Of a stretch of DNA of 52,829 nt, positions 47,783 to 52,829 are shown in pieces; the first letter of the stretch is position 1, and every line of letters begins with the position of its first letter. This DNA comes from Cytophagaceae bacterium (lineage in GTDB: Bacteria; Bacteroidota; Bacteroidia; Cytophagales; Spirosomataceae). Location of the stretch: the NCBI GenBank assembly GCA_026785975.1, contig JAJAZB010000078.1:1-52829 (forward strand), in the 5' to 3' direction. The notes beneath the pieces were generated by a model. The model had not been told where the DNA came from and searched no databases. It saw only the letters and a list, made by a program, of their open reading frames with translations. The position numbers and the translations under genes were made by a program.

Positions 47783-47908
47783 CGCCTGTATCGCGGATTG
47801 CCTAATCCGCACTCAAAACAGTGTTTCAACGATCGACTCTCTCCCATTTCCAACACTGCTTCAGGATTATTCCCCATCAAAACCCGCCCCTTTTCGTACT
47901 TTTGCGCC

Positions 47909-49138
47909 ATGATTCCCCTGCGGGCGCTCTTTTTCAGTTTACTCATCCTTTTGTCCAGTTGCGTTTCCGACGACCGGGCGGGTACGCTCATTCCGCCTCT
48001 GCCCGTCACCGATGCCATCAAACGCCGACAAGCTGCTTTGCAGTTATTAAACAGCCTCGCCGCCCGTAATCCCGGTTCGCCGGATATTTTTTACCAACGG
48101 GCCCGGTTGTTCTACGAAAACAAGCAGTATACCGAGAGTCTGAATGATATTAACCACGCCATTGAATTAAAGGAAAGCGTTGGAAATTATTTCCAGGTGA
48201 AAGCCGCTACTTTAAAAGCGTTAAACCGCGCACCCGAGGCCCTCGAAGCCGCCCGGCAAGTCGAAATCCTAGAAGCGGGAACGCCCGAACTTTACGTACT
48301 GCTTGGTGATTTGTACCAGCAATCGGAGCGGTACGACGATGCCCTGCAATACCTGGCCAAAGCCCTCCAGGCGACTCCCTACAACGGGAAAGCCTATTAT
48401 TACCGGGGATTGGTCGCTGCTAAAACCCGCGATACCGCCCAGGCACTGGTTCTTTACCGACGAGCGCTGAATCTCAACCCCGGTTACGCCCCAGTTTACC
48501 AGCAGCTCAGCGAAGTGTTCAATCGCCTCGGTGATTACCCGGCCGCGATGCAGTACACCCAGGCGGGTTTGCAGCGATTTCCTAATGACGCTTTTTTGTT
48601 GAATCAACGCGGCCTGACCTATCAACGGACGTTGAAACCTGATAGTGCCCTCCTGTTTTTTCGGAAAGCCGTTGACGTAAATCCTTCATTTTCGGAAGCC
48701 AGTCTCCACGCGGGTCTGTTGTTATTCAAGCAAAATGACTTAACCGGCGCACTTCGTTATTTTGAAAATGCCCTTAAGCAAAATACCCGGATTCCGATGT
48801 TGAACAATTACATCGCCCAATGCTTTGAATATTTGGGAAACTTTGAAAAAGCGCTCGAATTTTACACCATCGCCATCCAGGTCGACCCCGCCGATTACAA
48901 GTCCACCAACGGCTACTGGCGCGTGAAACGGCGTCTTGACTACACCCCTGACGAGACGTTCGGCTTGATTGCCGCCCCAAAACCAACGACACCGTTGGTA
49001 CAACGCCGCCCGATGGCGATGGATACGACCGTTTTCCGTCCCATTTTACCCAAAGCCCGTCTTTCAGCCCGGAGCGATACGGGCGATAATCAAATCCGGG
49101 GCCGTCCCGTATTCCGGCCCCCGCCCAAACCCAATTAA
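47909..49138 (+). CDS. TPR-repeat lipoprotein
   Basis: The lipobox is LLSSC, followed by multiple TPR-like A..Y......A repeats. The ATG is at 47909. Confidence 0.65.
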   Translation: MIPLRALFFSLLILLSSCVSDDRAGTLIPPLPVTDAIKRRQAALQLLNSLAARNPGSPDIFYQRARLFYENKQYTESLNDINHAIELKESVGNYFQVKAATLKALNRAPEALEAARQVEILEAGTPELYVLLGDLYQQSERYDDALQYLAKALQATPYNGKAYYYRGLVAAKTRDTAQALVLYRRALNLNPGYAPVYQQLSEVFNRLGDYPAAMQYTQAGLQRFPNDAFLLNQRGLTYQRTLKPDSALLFFRKAVDVNPSFSEASLHAGLLLFKQNDLTGALRYFENALKQNTRIPMLNNYIAQCFEYLGNFEKALEFYTIAIQVDPADYKSTNGYWRVKRRLDYTPDETFGLIAAPKPTTPLVQRRPMAMDTTVFRPILPKARLSARSDTGDNQIRGRPVFRPPPKPN

Positions 49139-49149
49139 GTGCCGGTCAA

Positions 49150-49200
49150 GGCTGTGGGCTGTAAGCTGTAACGCTTAAAGCCTTACAGCTTACAGCCACA
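49150..49200. repeat. Word-palindrome hairpin upstream of thrS
   Basis: TGTGGGCTGTAAGCTGTAA faces TTACAGCTTACAGCCACA, giving an 18-bp stem with one G bulge. The word is GCTGTAA x2. Confidence 0.8.
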
Positions 49201-49214
49201 AATCAACCCGTTTA

Positions 49215-51164
49215 ATGAACAACCAAATTCAGATTACCCTGCCCGACGGAAGCATTCGTACGTTTCCCAAAGGCACCACCGGGCTTGACATCGCCCAATC
49301 TATCAGTGAAGGTCTGGCGCGTAACGTGCTGGCTGCCAGAGTGAACAACGACGTTCAGGATGCCACCCGCGCCATCGACCAGGACGCTACCGTACAACTC
49401 CTGACCTGGAATGATCCTGATGGCAAAGCCACGTTCTGGCATTCGTCGGCGCACTTACTGGCCGAGGCACTCGAAAGTCTGTATCCCGGTGTAAAATTCG
49501 GAATTGGCCCGGCCATCGAGACGGGTTTTTACTACGACGTCGACCTGGGCGGAAAGCCCTTTTCACAGGACGATTTCAAAAAAGTCGAAGATAAAATGCT
49601 GGAATTGGCCCGCCAAAAAGAGGTGTACGCCCGTAAACCCGTGAGCAAGGCGGAGGCGATTGCGTACTTCACCCAAAAAGGCGACGAGTACAAATTGGAT
49701 TTGATCGACGGTCTGGCCGATGGCACCATTACGTTTTACAGCCAGGGCAATTTTACCGATCTCTGCCGGGGGCCGCACATTCCCAACACTGGCTTCATCA
49801 AAGCGACCAAATTGATGAACGTGGCGGGCGCGTACTGGCGCGGCAACGAAAAAAATAAAATGCTCACCCGGATTTACGCCGTGACCTTTCCCAAGCAAAA
49901 GGAACTCGACGAGTACCTGAACAGGCTCGAGGAGGCCAAAAAGCGCGACCATCGGAAGCTGGGCAAGGAAATGGAATTGTTCGCCTTCTCCGAGCGCGTG
50001 GGTTTGGGCCTGCCCCTCTGGTTGCCCAAAGGAGCCATGTTGCGCGAACGTCTCGAAAATTTCCTCAAACGCGCCCAGGTTCGGGCGGGGTATTTGCCCG
50101 TTGTCACGCCGCACATCGGGAGCAAGGAACTTTACGTAACCTCGGGGCATTACGAAAAATACGGCAAGGATTCCTTCCAACCCATCCACACCCCCGACGC
50201 GGGCGAAGAGTTTTTGCTCAAGCCGATGAACTGTCCGCACCACTGCGAAATTTACCGGACCAAACCCCGCAGTTACAAAGATTTGCCCCTGCGCCTGGCC
50301 GAGTTTGGAACGGTGTATCGTTACGAGCAATCGGGTGAGTTGCACGGCCTGACGCGGGTGCGTGGCTTTACTCAGGACGACGCGCACATTTTCTGCCGCC
50401 CCGATCAGGTCGAGGAGGAATTTATGAACGTGATCGACCTGGTGATTTACGTGTTGAAAGTACTCGGATTCAATGACTACTCCGCCCAGATTTCGCTGCG
50501 CGACAAAGAAGACCGCAGCAAGTACATCGGTTCGGATGAGCTGTGGGAAAAAGCTGAGGGCGCCATTATCCGCTCGGCGGCAGCCAAGAACCTACCCACC
50601 GTTATCGAATACGGAGAGGCCGCTTTTTACGGCCCCAAACTCGACTTCATGGTGCGCGATGCGCTCGGGCGGAAGTGGCAACTGGGCACCATTCAGGTCG
50701 ATTACAATTTGCCTGAGCGCTTCGAGTTGGAGTACGTTGGGTCCGACAATCAGAAACACCGCCCCGTGATGATTCACCGCGCACCGTTTGGGTCGCTGGA
50801 GCGGTTCGTAGCCATTTTGATTGAAAACACCGCCGGTCATTTCCCGCTCTGGCTCTCGCCCGACCAACTGGCCGTGCTACCCATTTCGGAGAAATACGAA
50901 GATTACGCCAACCACGTTTTTCTTGAATTGCAAGACCAGGATTTGCGCGGCTACGTCGATTTACGCGACGAGAAGATTGGCAAGAAAATCCGGGATGCCG
51001 AGGTCGCCAAAGTGCCTTTCATGCTCGTTGTGGGTGAAAAAGAGCAGGCCGCCGGCAGTATTTCAGTCCGAAAAAAAGGCGAAGGTGACATTGGCAGTAT
51101 GCCTTTGGCCGATTTTATCGCCCTCGCCAAAGCAGAAGTTGCTAAAAATTTGGCAGTTAATTAA
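49215..51164 (+). CDS. thrS: Threonine--tRNA ligase
   Basis: The N-terminus has a TGS domain ([16 protein letters not shown]). The editing motif is HSSAHLLA. Class II motifs are present, and the anticodon domain is C-terminal. Confidence 0.93.
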   Translation: MNNQIQITLPDGSIRTFPKGTTGLDIAQSISEGLARNVLAARVNNDVQDATRAIDQDATVQLLTWNDPDGKATFWHSSAHLLAEALESLYPGVKFGIGPAIETGFYYDVDLGGKPFSQDDFKKVEDKMLELARQKEVYARKPVSKAEAIAYFTQKGDEYKLDLIDGLADGTITFYSQGNFTDLCRGPHIPNTGFIKATKLMNVAGAYWRGNEKNKMLTRIYAVTFPKQKELDEYLNRLEEAKKRDHRKLGKEMELFAFSERVGLGLPLWLPKGAMLRERLENFLKRAQVRAGYLPVVTPHIGSKELYVTSGHYEKYGKDSFQPIHTPDAGEEFLLKPMNCPHHCEIYRTKPRSYKDLPLRLAEFGTVYRYEQSGELHGLTRVRGFTQDDAHIFCRPDQVEEEFMNVIDLVIYVLKVLGFNDYSAQISLRDKEDRSKYIGSDELWEKAEGAIIRSAAAKNLPTVIEYGEAAFYGPKLDFMVRDALGRKWQLGTIQVDYNLPERFELEYVGSDNQKHRPVMIHRAPFGSLERFVAILIENTAGHFPLWLSPDQLAVLPISEKYEDYANHVFLELQDQDLRGYVDLRDEKIGKKIRDAEVAKVPFMLVVGEKEQAAGSISVRKKGEGDIGSMPLADFIALAKAEVAKNLAVN

Positions 51165-51313
51165 AAACTTTTCATCTTAGGCACCGGTTTAGAAGCCGCT
51201 GGCTACGGAGATTCCTGGCATTCACTGGCTTCGCACCCTGTTTTACGAGTTCGATGTTTCATCTGCCCGAAACCCGAACCCGACACGTTAACTTAAACTA
51301 CTAATTCGCAAGC

Positions 51314-51877
51314 ATGGCATTACGCCCCGGCGGTTACAACCGCAGACTTCCGCAAAAGCGGGAAGAACCCTACCGAATCAATTTACTCATTCGCGGATTG
51401 CCGCAAGTGCGACTCGTCGGCGAGAACGTCGAACAAGGCATTTACGAAATCGCACAGGCCCTCGCCATTGCTCAGGCTCAGGAACTCGATCTCGTTGAAA
51501 TTTCGCCCAATGCCGATCCGCCCGTCTGCCGCGTCGTTGATTATTCAAAATTCAAATACGAGCAGAAAAAGAAGCAGAAAGAACTCAAGGCGAAGCAATC
51601 GAAAGTGGTTCTGAAAGAGATTCGTTTCGGCCCGAATACCGACGACCACGATTTTAATTTCAAGCTCAAACACGCCCTGAACTTCCTGAAAGAAGGCTCC
51701 AAAGTAAAGGCTTACGTTCACTTCGTGGGTCGTTCCATCGTTTTCAAAGACCGGGGTGAATTGCTGCTGCTCAACTTCGCCAAAGGCCTCGAAGAAGTGG
51801 GCAAACTCGATGAAATGCCCCGCCTCGAAGGCAAGCGCATGAGCATTATCCTTTCACCAAAAGCTCCCAAAAAATAA
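51314..51877 (+). CDS. infC: Translation initiation factor IF-3
   Basis: [22 protein letters not shown] and [26 protein letters not shown] match IF-3. The ATG start as given in the track is uncertain, because IF-3 genes often use unusual starts. Confidence 0.85.
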   Translation: MALRPGGYNRRLPQKREEPYRINLLIRGLPQVRLVGENVEQGIYEIAQALAIAQAQELDLVEISPNADPPVCRVVDYSKFKYEQKKKQKELKAKQSKVVLKEIRFGPNTDDHDFNFKLKHALNFLKEGSKVKAYVHFVGRSIVFKDRGELLLLNFAKGLEEVGKLDEMPRLEGKRMSIILSPKAPKK

Positions 51878-51894
51878 GGCACTTGTTTCGTATA

Positions 51895-51935
51895 CCCCGC
51901 AAGGTTTGCTACTCTTGCGGGGTTTTACTATTTTT
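51895..51935 (+). terminator. Terminator/attenuator-like hairpin between infC and rpmI
   Basis: CCCCGCAAG-GTTTGCTACT-CTTGCGGGG followed by TTTTACTATTTTT. Confidence 0.55.
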
Positions 51936-51987
51936 GCGCCCTAATTGCTTTTTTCTAACACGTTTACGGTTTAACCAGATTCTAAAA

Positions 51988-52185
51988 ATGCCTAAAGTAA
52001 AAACCAACTCGGGTGCCAAAAAGCGCTTCGCGTTGACCGGGACGGGCAAAATCAAACGCAAACACGCGTACCACAGCCACATCCTGACCAAAAAATCCAA
52101 CAAGCGGAAGCACAACCTCGTGAAGACTACGCTCGTTAGCGACGCCGATTACAACCGCGTTGCCGCCATGCTCAACCTCACGTAG
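51988..52185 (+). CDS. rpmI: 50S ribosomal protein L35
   Basis: [33 protein letters not shown], 65 aa. The ATG is at 51988. Confidence 0.92.
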   Translation: MPKVKTNSGAKKRFALTGTGKIKRKHAYHSHILTKKSNKRKHNLVKTTLVSDADYNRVAAMLNLT

Positions 52186-52308
52186 TCGCGCTGTGTACTC
52201 CGTATGCTCCGCAGCCTGGTCAGCCGGTTTTATCCATTGTTCAACCTGACTTCCGGCCACATAAGTATCTGAATCTCAGATCGCCGTCGTCAAAAAACAA
52301 GTCACATT

Positions 52309-52653
52309 ATGCCACGTTCAGTCAATCACGTCGCCTCGCGGGCCCGTCGTAAAAAAGTAATGAAACTCGCCAAAGGATTCTTTGGCCGGGGAAAAAACGT
52401 TTGGACAGTTGCCAAGAACAAGATCGAAAAAGGTCTTCAGTACGCCTACCGTGACCGCAAAGTGAAGAAGCGCGAATTTCGCGCCCTTTGGATTCAGCGC
52501 ATCAACGCGGGTACCCGCGCCCATGGCCTGTCGTACTCCCAGTTCATGGGCAAACTTCACCAGTCCGATATCAGTTTGAACCGTAAAGTTCTGGCCGATT
52601 TGGCCATGAACCACCCCGACGCCTTCAAGGCCGTGGTGGATAGTTTGAAGTAA
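52309..52653 (+). CDS. rplT: 50S ribosomal protein L20
   Basis: [26 protein letters not shown] and WIQRINAG. Confidence 0.93.
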   Translation: MPRSVNHVASRARRKKVMKLAKGFFGRGKNVWTVAKNKIEKGLQYAYRDRKVKKREFRALWIQRINAGTRAHGLSYSQFMGKLHQSDISLNRKVLADLAMNHPDAFKAVVDSLK

Positions 52654-52700
52654 AAAGCAATAAATATTTGGGAGTTTTCATTCTCCTCCGTTTTGCCAAC

Positions 52701-52734
52701 AAGCCCCCCGAATTATCGGGGGGCTTTGTTTTTT
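52701..52734 (+). terminator. Rho-independent terminator after rplT
   Basis: AAGCCCCCCG-AATTAT-CGGGGGGCTT followed by TGTTTTTT. Confidence 0.85.
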
Positions 52735-52770
52735 ATGAGGGTTAGTAGCTCCGTAGCGTAGGGTTTAAAT

Positions 52771-52829
52771 GTATTAGTTCACGAGGTTACCCGAAACTTT
52801 GCCAAAGTTTTAGAACCGGGGCGCGTAGC
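52771..52829. repeat. Second copy (cut by the window end) of the dispersed palindromic element
   Basis: 59 nt align to 35447-35507 with 1 substitution and a 2-nt indel. Confidence 0.85.

Noticed and set aside
49563-50387. 274-aa ORF on the - strand
   Set aside because: It is antisense to thrS.

Overview
The window is a 52.8-kb chromosomal segment that is gene-dense and mostly housekeeping. Gene content, non-SD starts and repeat types suggest Bacteroidota, probably Cytophagales (inference). I support about 47 CDS. They include a nitrogen-assimilation group (porin-amtB, plus type II and type III glutamine synthetases head-to-head), a tightly packed operon (acidic protein, MoxR-like AAA+, VWA, rsmE, DUF4159, small secreted protein), trpS, prs, rplY, a membrane pyrophosphatase, aconitase, topA, cobB, folD, menE/menB and thrS-infC-rpmI-rplT. 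I found no rRNA, tRNA, CRISPR array, transposase, integrase or recognisable defence island. Four observations stand out. (1) A recurrent class of gene-end hairpins has arms built from tandem short 'words'; the architecture is the same at each locus but the sequence differs. One copy nests a dispersed palindromic repeat that recurs at the window end. (2) The ion-pumping pyrophosphatase carries an in-frame C-terminal OmpA-like peptidoglycan-binding module. (3) The acidic-protein/MoxR/VWA trio is translationally chained to rsmE and DUF4159. (4) There are several short dispersed repeats and a small patch of gene decay (a response-regulator remnant and a degenerate alpha/beta-hydrolase overlapping cobB). 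All family names come from motif recognition by eye. No searches were run.
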